Origin: Paraglomus brasilianum
Taxonomy: Eukaryota
NCBI GenBank assembly: GCA_910592345.1
Contig: CAJVPI010000018.1
Coordinates: forward strand, 1-64,000
Direction: 5' to 3'
DNA: 64,000 bases
Under the pieces are notes generated by a model. The model saw only the letters and a list, made by a program, of their open reading frames with translations, searched no databases and was not told the DNA's origin. A program made the position numbers and the translations under genes. This document shows, in pieces, positions 40,401 through 54,329 of this stretch. Every line of letters begins with the position of its first letter. Positions within the stretch are counted from its first letter, which is position 1.

Positions 40401-43209
40401 TATCATTCAGCCACTTTCAAGTGTCGTCATATAATCAAAAAAAGTAAACCTTGATCATCAGCCAGCCCGGCGTCCATTCATTCAATTCCATTGTCAGCCC
40501 CAAACCTTGCTTCCATCCCGGTTATTTACGCCACCCGAGTATTTGGCGTCTCGTCGCACAACGCATAATCCACACTCGAAAGTAGAAGAAAATTGCTAAG
40601 CAAACAAGCTAGGTTGTTCCAGAGGTTACGTAAGAAAAGAATGACACTGTCACAAAACGCTGATTACGTAAATTGATTACTTATGCTGCTGAATAACATT
40701 TAATTCAACAAGACTCCCCAATGCCAGGAACAAGCTCGGAATTATTTCTCCTTGGTTAATTAACATTTGTGCTCCTAAACAAACGGAATGCGGACAAGTG
40801 TTGGCGAATCTACAAAGTGAACATTCGTTCAGAGATGATAATCTACGCCTTATTTGCAACATCCTTTCTTTCCTTGCCCGAATCGGTTGACGTTAATGGT
40901 TGGCAGAACAGGGGGTCATTGCCGTGTGTACTTGCGTGTGTGAACGTGTGTGAATATTATTATGAGATATTAGGGAAAGGATAAGACGGCATCTGTGCAG
41001 TCGTTAAGGGATCGCATATAAAACGTCTTCGGTAAGGACTAAAAGAGGCGAAACGGTAAAGATGGACCTGTGAATGAGCCTTTTAATGGATTAGCATAAT
41101 AAAATCGGCAAATAAGATGGCCATGGCAAATAGAGACTAAACAATCGGCTCCCGGGTCGTGATTACTGTTTTTACAGTGATGCTAAAGTCATATATGCCT
41201 TTTTTGGGGGAAGGGGAAACCCGAATGATCTTTTTTTAATAAAAGGAAGAAATGCAAATGAGAACCGAGTATTATGAACGATTTATTAGGTATTATGTCG
41301 GGCAACGCGGGTTTTGATCCGTTTTATCTACTTTGATATGAGGATCGTAGAATTATCGTATGTCGCGCAATATGCTCTGAACGACAAAAAGATCTGTTCT
41401 CGCCTTACACATGACATAAGAGTCACGTGATTTATACAAGGAAGCTTTGATCCTTCGCCCTCCCTTCGCACTATGATAAATTATATCTTGCATCCCAATA
41501 AGACTTCTTTCTCTCGAGTGGCTACGGCTCAGAACGGCTCTCCAACGGGAATTATGCAACTCGTTATAGAAAAGCTACAAACACAAAAGTAGAATGAAAA
41601 AGGCAACGAGCATTGCTGAGAGTAGTTCTGACTTGATTTTGAAGGTCATCAAGAAACATCAAAAGAACAGTAAGTGATTAATAGAGGCTAGTAAGTAGCT
41701 GAAAAGCATGGCCGGGAAACGATTTAGTTATATGTTGTGGACGAACGAGAAGTCTTATAAAATCTGTCGGAAAGGATTCTTGACGCGTGAAGGCATGTGG
41801 AATCGACAGTAAGAAAGAGGATCAATTGATATCGATCACCCTACACGCATACACACACACAAACACACAAACACACACACTCTCTCTCACCTATCTGAAA
41901 ACATTCCTTTTTCTTTGAACAGTTTTTAAAATACGGATGCGTTTGGACAAATCGATCGATATTTCAATAATTTTGACAGACTTGTACTATATCATTACTC
42001 GTTTGGAGGTAAACATTATTTTCTCTTTTTGCTCGTTCGTTAAATATGTCCGACATGTACGAACCTTTTTTTCTTCTTTCTTTTCTTTTCTTTTTTTCTT
42101 GCAAAGCGTATCCCAACCATTTACAAGCAAACATTCGCTATATCTACAGAAACACAAATCTGAAAACAAGTATGCATACAGTTTTTCCTCCCCTCAGTTT
42201 AAAATCTGTTCAGACTGCATTTTCGTTTACACAATCTTGTATTTTCTTTCACATTCTCTTCAATCACAGCCTCTTTAACCTTTTTGATTTATATTTTCAC
42301 TTGCTATGCTTCTAGTGGATCTGACGAAGTCTCGTTAAAAATCTGCCAATGGCTGTTAACAGTCTGTTGGAGCTGTGTAGCTCGGAGTTGGGAATGTCTC
42401 GCAGAAGGATACCGAATGTCCTTTCGTGGTGACTCGAGCTGGATCATGACCGGGTTTGCTGACTTTGGAGGTGAAAGACAATTGCTTGGTTTGGCAAATG
42501 GATGGTCTAAGGGCAAAGCGTTTTATGAAGGTATGATTCGTTGATGATAAATTTGGTGCGTACGCGTCAATGTTGGTTCTCTTTTAATAATATAATGCGC
42601 TGTCCATTTGAATCAAAACATAGCCCATCAAACGTTCAGGTGTGCTCTTGAAGAAATAGTATCTACGATTAAATGGATTGTGAAGAATCCAAAAACTAAC
42701 GGTAAGCAAAGGAACTTTGATTTTTGGGGACAGGTGTAGCAACAATAATAGTCAATAACAATCAAAGTTAATTGGCTTCTTTGATAAAATTTTTAAAGCT
42801 CATATCTCAGAAAAGTATAAGAAAAAGCTGTCATTACTCGAGGAAGAAATAACATTTTTGACCAAAGAGGCCGATGTTCTGTTGCGTGGAATGGAACCAA
42901 TAATATCATCATAATGATACCCGATTGATTATCGAATCCTATTATTTAGTATTTTATTTGTTGTATATATACACGTGATAATATTTAAAGTTCGGCAATT
43001 TGCTAATCGAAGGATCAATGTATTTAGTACACAGTTTTTTGGCACCAAAACAACAATCTATTATCATGAATTATGGAGAGCCACATCTTAAATCATGTGA
43101 TTGCCGAAGTAATAGCAATTGCAAGATTAATCAATAATCTACCTGAATACTAAATTTTTTTAACGTTAAAATACTTCTAATTGAGTTGTTTCCAAAGATA
43201 CGAGAGATA

Positions 43210-45941
43210 TCACACGTCCAGTAGCAATCGACGTGGATCTTCTACTTGTTCTTTCACCGTTTTCAGGAATGTAACGGCCTCACGACCATCAATAAGACGA
43301 TGGTCATAAGTTAATGCAACATACATCATTGGACGAATCTCAACCTATAAGAGAATGTGAACGATACAGTAAAATAGCAATAAGAATGGATAACTCGCTC
43401 GGACAGTAAAAAGATCATAATTTCAATACTGGTAGATAACTACCTTCCCATTGATAGCTACAGGTCGTTCCTTTGTAATATGCATTCCTAGGATAGCACT
43501 CTGTGGAATATTGATGATTGGGGTACCCATCAATGATCCAAACACTCCTCCATTGGAGATGGTAAAGGTTCCTCCTGCCATGTCTTCAATTGTAATCTTG
43601 CCATCACGAGCCTAGCGAAAAGAGGTAAATGATTAGCGACCACCAATATTACAATGATACGTCTAGCAAGTATTATTGACACGACTGTAGTGATAAATAT
43701 ACAGTTCAGTATACCATTATCAGTTCAATTATAAGCTTTGTTTTTTTTAATATCCCTCTCACTGCTCTCCTAAGCTCATCTTGCCCTCCAACTCCATGCC
43801 TTTTCCAAGCCTCACCTTCTGTCCTAACTCGGCTATAGCCTTCTCAATCTCGATAAAGGACATCAAATGTGCATTTCTCACAACAGGAGTAACCAATCCT
43901 TTCGGTGTCGCTACTGCAACACTCATATCAACATAATCTTTGTACACAATAGTGTCACCTCCGTCCGGTCCTTCAATCGATGCGTTAACTACAGCCACCT
44001 CTTGTAATGCATACACGGCTGCTTTCACGAATGCAGACATGAAACCAAGTTTGATACCGTGTTTTTTCAAAATTAATTCTTTATATGTATTACGTAGTTC
44101 CATAATATTACTGAAAAGATGTCGAGTACATAGATGAGAATTAAAAAATTGTTTGGCGAGTAGAAAGAGAGACAATGTGTGTAAGAGCGGGAGGAAAAAA
44201 AAAACAGATTAGCCTTTGAAACGAAGTTACGTCGATTTCATTCGGGTAGCTAGATATATCACAAATTGTCGTTTCTCCAAACGTTTACCTCATGTCAATC
44301 TCATTAAATGTCGTCAAGGAAGCAGCACTATTCTGTGATTCTTTGAGCCTTTCAGCAATTCTCAAACGCATCCTGTTCATTTTAACCTACATTATCCCAA
44401 TTAGATTTTCAATATATTGAATATATTATAAATATGATAGAAGAAAACAAAAGGCACGTAAATTGAACATACACGACGTTCTTCTCTTGGCCCATATGGG
44501 GATCCAGTGGCTGCAAGAAGCGGTAACACAGATCGAGTAGGTGAAGCAGGTGGTGATTCGGGTCGAGAGGGAGGTGAGGGAGGTGAAGAGGATTGAGGAG
44601 GTGGTGGGGGCGGAGATCGGAGAGGTTCATACGAAGGTGGTGGAGAAGGCGCAGATTTTGGTTCTATGCGAAAACGTTTGTGAGTACAAGTATCAAATGT
44701 GAATAAAATCCATACGTACTGTGTCATTACCTGGGGGTGCCGATTCCGCCTTCTTTTTGCTTACGTCCGGTGTTTCAGGTTTTTCTTCCTGTGCAGGGGA
44801 GGCTTCTGCGGAAGCGCTGGGAGCAGCAGCGCCTTGAATAATGATATATAAATGAATACTTTCACGAATGGACATATCGTCATGCAAACTAGATTTATTA
44901 CATGCTTAAACTTACCCTCCTTTGGAGCATCTCCAAGTTCAACCTTGAACAAATTGGCTCCGACGGTCACGGTAGAGTCAACTTCAGCATACAGTTCTAT
45001 TATAGTACCCGACACGGGCGAGTTGACGGTAACATCGACCTGCATGAGTTTGTTTGTATATCAACAAGTCAATGTAGAGTTCTCAAATAGATTCCTCAAG
45101 CTGCATAGAATTTTCAATAATTCTTACCTTATCGGTTTCAATGGTCGCGATTTCCTCGTCAGCATGAATAAAATCGCCCACCTCTGATGTACATTTTAAG
45201 TTACAGACGGTATTAGAATCGATTCCAACTTCCACATATTCAATACAGTTTCTGTGTGCTCACTCATTCCAAAACACATTACGTTTAGTCCACCTCTTAA
45301 GGGTTCCCTCCGAAATCGATTCGGCCATCGGTGGCACAGTGACGGTTTTGTCAGCTAGATAAATGGATCAGAAAGTACGTAGCGTGAAATTAAAATCAGA
45401 AAAACCTAGAGAGAAAAGCCGATCAAAAGTTTATTCGCGTCTCACTGCTTTTTGACATTACCGTAGTTTCTAGCTTGCATGAAGAGGAATGGGTTGAGAA
45501 TTGTGTGTCTGATGGAAGAAATCATAAGGTAAATAATCATTCATTCATCGATTCATATCTTTTACTACCGTCTTTTGTGGAATTAATAGTATAATCAATA
45601 CAGTTAACTAGTACAATTAGCAATACAATTAACCAAGGGATCTTTTAACATGTTCATCCGACATTGTAAATTTCACATGTTCTAATACAACCCAAGAGTA
45701 TGCAAAATCGAATCATCAAAATCCAAACAAGTGCAAACCTGTTCAGCGTAACATTTGACGTGCCTCCAACATTGGAGCGGGCGAAAGCGTTCGGCAGTGT
45801 TTCCCTGAAACTACCTCTAACATGTTTCGAGCTATAATATCTTAAAGTAGTTGAAAATCCTGCAAAAGGGTTGCATCGGATAGACCTTGCAGCATTTAAA
45901 GTAGGAGTTTGTACAGCTCGTCGTATTATAGCTAACGACAT
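43210..45941 (-). CDS. KGD2: Dihydrolipoamide succinyltransferase, E2 of 2-oxoglutarate dehydrogenase, multi-exon
   Basis: Mitochondrial leader [11 protein letters not shown]; lipoyl domain [12 protein letters not shown] and [55 protein letters not shown]; ends DPRRLLLDV*. Confidence 0.95.
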
Positions 45942-47911
45942 GCTGTTTTCTATGAAGAAGAAACAAAGATGATATAGGTAAAGGTTTATAAGAAAACCTT
46001 GGGGGATGGGGAAAAGCAAATTTCGGGAAAGATTATTGATCGGCCAGTTAGATATCTGCTTCAAGGAAAGCTTATCTGCTGTGTAATGTTAATGTGGCCG
46101 GGTCCCTACTACGACAGATGCGAATGGCCAGTATATTTGGAATGCGGGGTGAATGAAGTAGAGAGAAAATAAGCAATTATCAAGAAAATAGTAACGTGTA
46201 GACAACGCTATCACTATGCCTCGCGCTAAGCTTGCAGATTTTAATCGGTGTGGATGGCGTACTAATTATAATTATAATACTGTATTTTGTGTCTTTCCAG
46301 TCAAGACAATCGCCATTGTTGTTTACCAATAAAGGAAGTTGTCATAATCAAGGATTAATTTGGTGCATTGAAAACTAGCTCTGGTTGCTTCGAGAGAGTC
46401 AACAATAATACGTTCCAGACGCATCGAGATCCATTGTAATAAAGTTACTGTAGAAGATAACAGTTTTGCCTTTTTCATTGACTTGGAACAAATCATTAAG
46501 AGCGTGTTACAATGAGCCTCTTTTTATCCTTGTGCATGATTGACGAAAGCTCGACGATAAAATAAAAATTTCCCTGCCTAATAAACATGGTACGTGTGTT
46601 TAAGTGAACGCTCCGTTCGCAGTTTGAAAGACAATCGTCGTAAATTATATTCGGTAGTCGGATACTCGAATTGTTTAGAACAGACATAATACTATAATTA
46701 GAAAGAAGCGAATTCATATTTGTTGAATACTATGGATTGAATAATGAAGCCTATATGTGTTGGTTATCCTTTTCCGCCATAATAACAATTTACTAACAAG
46801 CGCATTCGAACTGTGCTTGACCATGGTACACAGTTAAACGTCCAATTCGTCATATGTCAAAGGCCGCAGAAAGGCGATATGTTTTCTATGTGCAACTGAT
46901 TGTAATCTTGAAACTTTTTCTGTTAATAAAGCTTAGGAAAGCGGTGCTTACAATTCGGAAGATAACCAAAGCATTTCTTGCTGGCAATGCGAGTTTTCAA
47001 TAAATAATTTTCGCCCAAGATTCTGCTGGCCTTCTCGAGTCCTGACCTTCAATAGAAACTCACGGAGAAGCACCATGTAATTTTGTTCCCTTAACTAAAC
47101 TGATTCAATTGGTTGTTGTTGTGTTAATTTAGTGGGTACTTTGAATTTTGTTTTGTCAAAGTTAAAGCTATAGTGTCTCTTAATACTTTAAATTGTATTT
47201 TGTCCGTATTGTCAATTTATTCATGCTTCATTTCGTTTAAACTATTCGCATTTGCACATGTGTAGCACTAAACTTTAACAATTTAAATGTCTTGTCATCT
47301 TTTATACAAAAATTGAAGCAATTCTGCCAAATCCTATTTGACTTCCGAGTCGTCTTTTGCATGCTTAAAAATGCTTCTGTCACTGTGAGTATTTTACAAT
47401 TGACAAAATGTCGCGAATGTCTGCTGCGATGATTATTAAAGAAGACAAAGCTTCGATCAAAAAACCCCGTTTAAGGTGATCGCGAAAATCATGACATGTG
47501 TTACCCTAAACAAGATCGATGCTTATAATTCCTGTTCTCTGCAATGCCTTCATTTTTATATTTAATGCTAGTTGACTTGATATTAAGAAATGCAAATACT
47601 GTATAAGACAATCTGTGGCATTCCTCCTAAACAAATTCTTTCATGGTGTAAAGGAGAGCGTTTCATCAAGTGAATTACGCGACAAAATTCCAAGGCTTCA
47701 TACGTTACTTTAACAATCTTACACAACGAAGAAACCAGTATTAGTATATAGTAATAGACGATGTAATAAATCATTCGTAAAATACTTCAACATCACTTTT
47801 TTACATTTATGGTTTGCCTTACCAAATTCTCATTTATTATGGTGTTACAGGGATATTCGTGCATTATTAGTCTAGTGTTGCAGTTTGACTCATACAAACC
47901 ACTCTTTGAAC

Positions 47912-48995
47912 ATGGCCAGCACTGACGAATCTGCCATTCCGATAGGCACCGACCCTTTCGCGGGAGAGACCCAGTAAGTACTTCGACCCTTCCTCGTCTT
48001 ACTAAAACAGTCGACTAGTTGATTTGTCCGCCTATTAATTAATGCTCCCACGGATTCCCTAGAGATGCTCACAAACTGTATTCACTGTCTCGCTCAGAGA
48101 GAATGCGAGGTGTTGCAAATAGAATTTTATATTCGAAATTCTACACCTGGTTGTATTTGGGCATGGCTTTACTTAGTATTGTATCTATCGTACTGGTAAG
48201 CGGGCATATATGTTTGATCGATGATATTGTGATGTGGATCGTATCTGATCTTTGTTCTTTTATTTCTTCCTACCTATAGTCAATAAAGGAGAAATGGTGA
48301 GTATTAAGATATGGGTGTACAATAGAAATTCTTGCCCGTAGTATTGATACGACGTCGCATTACGATAGAATGGTGGTATATGCATACAAATAAACTTACC
48401 CTGAATTTTCTCCCTTTGTACAGTCCATCAATACTGTTTATCGTTCTTGAAATAATTATCAATGTAGTGATGATAACAGAAGTGTTGACGCGATTTATAG
48501 CATTGCGAAAGGTAAACAAATCTATCCGCGTCTCAAGAGACTCGACTACTTGCTTGACTCACTCTTTGCAAATTCCAATTGTGCGCAGCTATATTGGAAA
48601 TCAATCTACAATATCGTAGACCTTGTGTTGGTATTACTTTGCTTAGTAACGTTAATATTCATTGTCACGGATGGATGCTCTGAGCATAAATCAGAAGAAA
48701 TATTTGATACTATCCTATTGGTTATAAGGAATTTGATGCAGTTTGGAAGATTATTCGTTATGCTGAGAAAGTAAGGACTTCATATGGAATAGCATCATTT
48801 ACAAGAAAGATATGAAAAATGTAAAACGTGAATATTTTATTGATACCAATTTCTCTTTTTCTTAGAAATCAGAAGAATAGATCTGCTCGAAGTGCAAGAG
48901 TAGACTTTTCGCAAAGGGATCCAAGTATGTCGATAGATATTGATGCACAGGCAGCATTTGCTCTAATTAACGATGAAGACGATGACATTTTATAA
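47912..48995 (+). CDS. Small four-helix ion-transport/voltage-sensor-like membrane protein, multi-exon
   Basis: ATG 47912; intron GTAAGT..CCCTAG joins in frame to QDAHKLYSLSRSERMRGVANRILYSKFY; hydrophobic helices with LEIIINVVMITEV, WKSIYNIVDL and S4-like ILLVIRNLMQFGRLFVMLRK; TAA 48995. Confidence 0.75.
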
Positions 48996-49261
48996 CTCTG
49001 ATGTTAATCAATGAGCGAGTCGTGATATTTATACATTAGAAATGTACATTAAATTCTTTTGCACTAATCTACTCTATTCAATTCTACTTATAATAAAAAA
49101 AAAATTCGGTATGCAAAGTATAATTGTTCATTCTCCAAAAAAAAAAAAGAAGTATTTATTATCACCAGTTAGCGCGTTTTTACACTTGCCTGTCGGTTAC
49201 CTACCGTCTGATATTACAACATCTATTTATAAGTACCGTATATGCATACATATATTACAAA

Positions 49262-51192
49262 TCAATGCCAGGCTCTCTTTGAGTTTTCGGCCAAATCAGC
49301 TTGCCACCTTTCAAATTCGTCAGATTGCCCGGTATCCACGTCCATAGGATCATCTACATGGGCCTGCTCAGTTTTACTATAATTCCTTTTTGTATTGGCG
49401 GGTTTAAATCTACTGCGATTGAAATTCCGATACTTATTCAAATCAGGCATATTCACTACAAATTCGTTACAGCCATCGTTAGGCTTGTGTCTTTTTGAAT
49501 TAATAAATTGATACTACACAGACTAACCTTTTGGAGAAGCTTTCCGTCTTTGAGGTCCTTTGAACACAGCAGGCCTTTTTTCTGCGGAATCTTTCATGCG
49601 AGGCCTTAAATCTGGATAAAACCATTGAAAATGTAACTCGTGATAAACATATGATTAACTATCATTACAACAATACCATCAATAAACTTACATAGCTTGG
49701 AGCTCGTTGCTTCCTTTTTTGGATCACAGTATGTGTCTGCATCAACCTTATATATTGCGGTGAGCACTTCATCTGGGTTTATTAACCGCAGGCGCATGCT
49801 CCTTAAAATATGGCATAGCATACTGCATAAGTCTGCTTTTGATGGAGTCAAATAACAGACGCGATGAGCATCTGCCAGTTTGCGCTCATTCTTGGCAATT
49901 ATAGTGCACAACTCGTGTTCATTTAGTGTGGGTACCGTATACAGCTCTACCTGTCCACCGACTTTCTTTATTAGCTGCATCACGGAGCTTGTCTCGTTCT
50001 ATGTTTAAAATATACTCAGTATAATCATATCAATGCATTCATTGAACCAGAATTCACTTACATATTGCTCCTCGGGAAGCACAAACACGGTCCCAGATAA
50101 CAATGTCTTTCTTTTCACGTTGGCTTTAAATAATTCTATATTTAATCGAGGGACTTCATCCTTTGCTTCGGGAAGATAATTGGTCTCATCTGGTAGTTGA
50201 AACATTCTGACTAGGGATCCATCCCTCATAACTTCTAGATGCTCTATCCATTTAGGATTTATTATTGGTTTAACCTCTGCCAAAGCATGGAGCACGGCAT
50301 AATCGAATTTATAATGTCGCATCAAAAGATGCGTACATTCCGAATTCCACTCATACGAGTATTGAATATCTAATAACACGTGATGGAAGTTAGTGAAATG
50401 GTAATTAACCAGCCGATAGAGGGAAACAGCAAGCAAGCGAAGCAATGTTATGGAAGACAAATCTCTCGAGACACATACCGTGATCTCGTAAACAGCTCTC
50501 CCATTTGTATAATTCCACGTCGGAGAAATCGTATGCATCTTTTCTTATGCAAATAATAATAGGATGCCACTTTATCCTACGCAATAAAGATTAGAATTGT
50601 TCTAAAATCAGAAACGCACATTGAATCTGAGGAAAAAACACACCAGTTATCGCACGTACTCAAATTCGACAACATGTGGAATTTTTATTCTATCACCATG
50701 TGAGAGGTCAACACATTCATCATCAACCAGCTTGTCATTAATGTACAACCCACGTTTACAGCCGAAATCTACAAGTTTTATTCCTGACCGCTTCCCCTAA
50801 TTGATGTTGGTCGTCAAGAAGAGTACGAACGCACTGAACGATCGAGTGGTAAAATGTCGAAAATACTTACGTTTTGTATAGAATCGTTTACAAAACATAT
50901 GGCCGCACTAACTAATGCATCTGGTTCCTTGCAACCAAGGACAATGTCGTATGCTGTCAAGGAAACATAAGTTCACTAACGAATCCCTTGTTTCGCTCAA
51001 GCAATTAACAAGATCAATAGTGTATACTCACAATCAGAACGCAGACCTAAAGTTATACAGCCGTATATTGGCTGAAGCCAGTATTTCGTGTCTTTTTTTT
51101 GAAAGCCAAGTTATAAATCATTGTTCAGTTCGACGCCAAGCGAGTTGCTCTTACTTACCATGTCCCTGATTCTTAAAATCTAGATACCACAT
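49262..51192 (-). CDS. NBS1: Nibrin/Nbs1-like protein (FHA + tandem BRCT + Mre11-binding-like motif), multi-exon
   Basis: Starts MWYL; FHA-like LVDFGCKRGLYIND..GDRIK; BRCT EWNSECTHLLM..ALAEVKPIINPKW; LPDETNYLP; RKTLLSGTVFV; C-terminal YRNFNRSRFK resembling the NFKxFxK motif. Confidence 0.82.
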
Positions 51193-52044
51193 TTCAAGAA
51201 GTTGAGAGAAACTCTGTCTGGACCGAATACCGGATTTGGACCTGCAGTTAATTGTTCATGGTGGTACAGTGCTGCGGACTGCGGACTGCGGGAAATGGTG
51301 CTATTATTGTAAATCTGCCTCCATATTAGTATATTGTGGTTTATTGGTGTAACGTTAGCTACTTGTACAAGTCCTTTCTTATTATTATATCGAAAAATTT
51401 CTTATAACGAGAATTATTTGTTATAAGATTTTAATTTCAAATAATACTTAAATTAATATCAGATAAATCTCTCTAAAGTGGATGTTGACTCTATTCGAAA
51501 AGGGGTTAGACGGGTACTAGGCGTTATTGTTGGCTTATTGAAGGATAGAATTAGTGTCGATAATTCCCCAGCCAGTAAGAAGGCTAGGATCAAAAAATTT
51601 ACCGAAAAATAACCGAATAGATTTTCCATTCACATGTACATGGTGATGTGATCATCTATGTTATTTTTATTTTGCCATTAACTACGTCAGTTTTACTAAC
51701 CATAGCAACACTAAATTTTCTAAATTTATATCGGAGCAGAGCTATAAATACACTTTCCCTAAAAGATAAGATGTCTATATTAATTGTTTTTGCCTGGTAT
51801 CGAAAAGAATAAATCAGAAGGGGAAAAGTGGCGAGGGGATAGGGAAGGAGTTGGGCGCTGTCGAAACAACCACCCTAAGCGACCTGGCAATGCGTCGGGT
51901 TAGTTACGGGGGCTATCTCCGGTGGGCTCCATCCTAAGTTTGTGTGAAGGCCAAAGGCAACACACGTCTTGGTGCCAAGAACGACGCGTTCGTTCACAAC
52001 CCCTAATGAATCGCTTTTCTTCCTATAATAATTTCTTCCCCCAA

Positions 52045-53140
52045 TAATTTCAACAGCAAGTCCGATGGGAGGATGTAAAATTATTTTGGAATAAGATCGA
52101 ATTTGAAAAAGTTGAAATAAACACTCAATTGTTAGAGAAGAAGTTGGACAAAATTGAGGTATTTGCAGGTCTAATATGCAGAAAGAGCTGTTGTTCAGAA
52201 GGAATTTAATGTTTCATTTTACGGAAAAGCTGATTGACACTTTTCTTTCAATAAGACGAAACAACTCCAGGCAACCAAAAATGCCTCAAACGTGGACATG
52301 ACTTGCAGGTCGATAAGGAGATATCAAAAAGGGTGAGGTCAAGTGACTCTTAACATATTGATTCCTTTAGAATGGATGACTGAACGTCAACAATCATATA
52401 TGATAAAAAATAACAATTGAACAAGAAGTGGGAGAGTTACTATACCAGATTATAATGAAGAAACAGATGAAGCATCAAGTTCAGATGTCAGTATTCCTGA
52501 ACTTTCCTCACAAGAAAATAAACCGGAAACTATGTACACAACAACCAAGAAAAAAATTATTCGAGATGATGTAGTAAGTATTTAATAATAATTTAGCAAT
52601 CTATTTTAACTAAGAGATTTAATGCAGTTTATTTTTTTTTCTACCAGATAACCGACATTTTAGGATTACTCGGATGCTGCAAAGGATATTTTTCGATTTA
52701 TAAAGAACAAGATCCCGATGGTGATCTTGACCAAACTCTCCATTTTTTAAAAAACTTCCAGAACCGACAGCAAGATCGTATCTAATGGAGATGGATACCG
52801 TGACTGAATCATTGGTTCCTAAAATTGTACATCGAAAAATTTAAGCGCCACAGGCACTGCGAGATCGACGATTTAAAATCTCCTGAACCGAATGATCCCG
52901 TGATGACAGCAATAGCGAGAGCTATACGCCGTACCTTACCGCAATTGTATGTTAGGCATTAATTGATCTATTTTTTTTTTTCGGATTCTGTTCTAATATA
53001 TTTTTTTGCACAGTATTAAGGCATTTTCACTCGAGGATCAAAATCCTCTTTAAACATTTCAACAATTGAAGGAGCTTATCTTAATTCGTTTGTTCATCCA
53101 TGTTTCGACGCTTTTTTATGGTATATAGCAAATAACAATG
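52045..53140 (+). pseudogene. Decayed multi-exon gene of unknown family
   Basis: Protein-like fragments (DWEDVKLFWNKIE-like, EPNDPVMTAIARAIRRTLPQ, IEGAYLNSFVHPCFDAFLWYIA) separated by intron-like T-rich blocks, with frameshifts and stops. Confidence 0.4.
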
Positions 53141-54329
53141 TATAGCTTAATTTATTATAACATAACAGTTTAATCTATTTATTATTGTATAACTTATTCA
53201 TATATATATATCTTTAAATAAAACCATCTAAGGTATCCCTGAGGGCTGGTATTTTAGACTTTATTTACTGCTATTTCGTGATGATTAATAGCTACTTTTT
53301 TGTTAGTATATGTTTCATAATTTTCATGAAAGATTCCAATTTTTTCTGTGCTGTAAATACAATATTAGTTTCTCAATACTATATCAGTTGCAAAGCAATG
53401 ACTCAAAGAGCCATGAAATTTAATAAAAGCATATTCTAATCTGGTTCGTCAATTACCTCCATCACTAGTACAGGAAGCTTGGAATCGTATTGTCTCTCGA
53501 AAGCGGAATCCAATGACAAAGGATGAAGCTAGTGCAGTGAATCCATTAGTTGAATCCTTTCTAAGACATGAAGTTGATAGATATCGAAAAAGACCAAAAT
53601 TCCAAAGGCGAAGTTGCCCACTTGAAAATTTATCACACATATTAATATAGTCAAACAATCACATTTGCGTTATTTTATAGAAACTTGTCGATTTGTATTG
53701 AACCTTTGCGTTACTCTAATTTGTCCATAAGAGTAAATAATAAGAAATCTATCGTCAATTGTTGGCCAGATGAGAAGGATGCACGTCTAAATGACAATGT
53801 CCAATTGCATGAAGGATAAGGTTATTCAACCATAGGTGATAAGGACTTCACAAAGATTTAACGGTTGTTGTTAATATGTTGTTCTTCGCCGTTTCATTGC
53901 AATAAATAAACGTCACTGTCGAGCCAACAATTGCGGGAAAACAATCGATCGCTGGCCCTGGGATTTAGCTATTTTAAGCAGAGTTGTGGTTCTTTTAAAT
54001 ACAACGACAGTTAGTGACCTCTTTACTTCCACGACCTTGTGTCGATCAGTAGACACTAATCCGAGACGGTTATTCGCCCTGCCCTCGAGTTAATCGACTA
54101 TTCCGTTGTGGGGTTACAAATATATCTATCTAAACGCGTTTCTTCTTAAGCGGATAATCCATGGGAGATTGGTGGTTCCTGACCATATCAATCATTTATA
54201 AAGGAAATAAAGATCAACCGTGTATTTCAGAGTATATAAAATACAGAAAGGAATATTATTATGAACTATATATAACATGCGAACATGCATAATCGACGCA
54301 ATGTTTGTTGCGTACTACAATCGTGAGAT

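Noticed and set aside
42284..42544. Overlapping short ORFs on both strands
   Set aside because: No recognisable motif, good start context or splice structure.
44231..44249. Possible 19-nt micro-exon (YPNEID) in a KGD2 intron echoing the preceding NEID
   Set aside because: It would need a 39-nt upstream intron and would shift the frame; likely chance.
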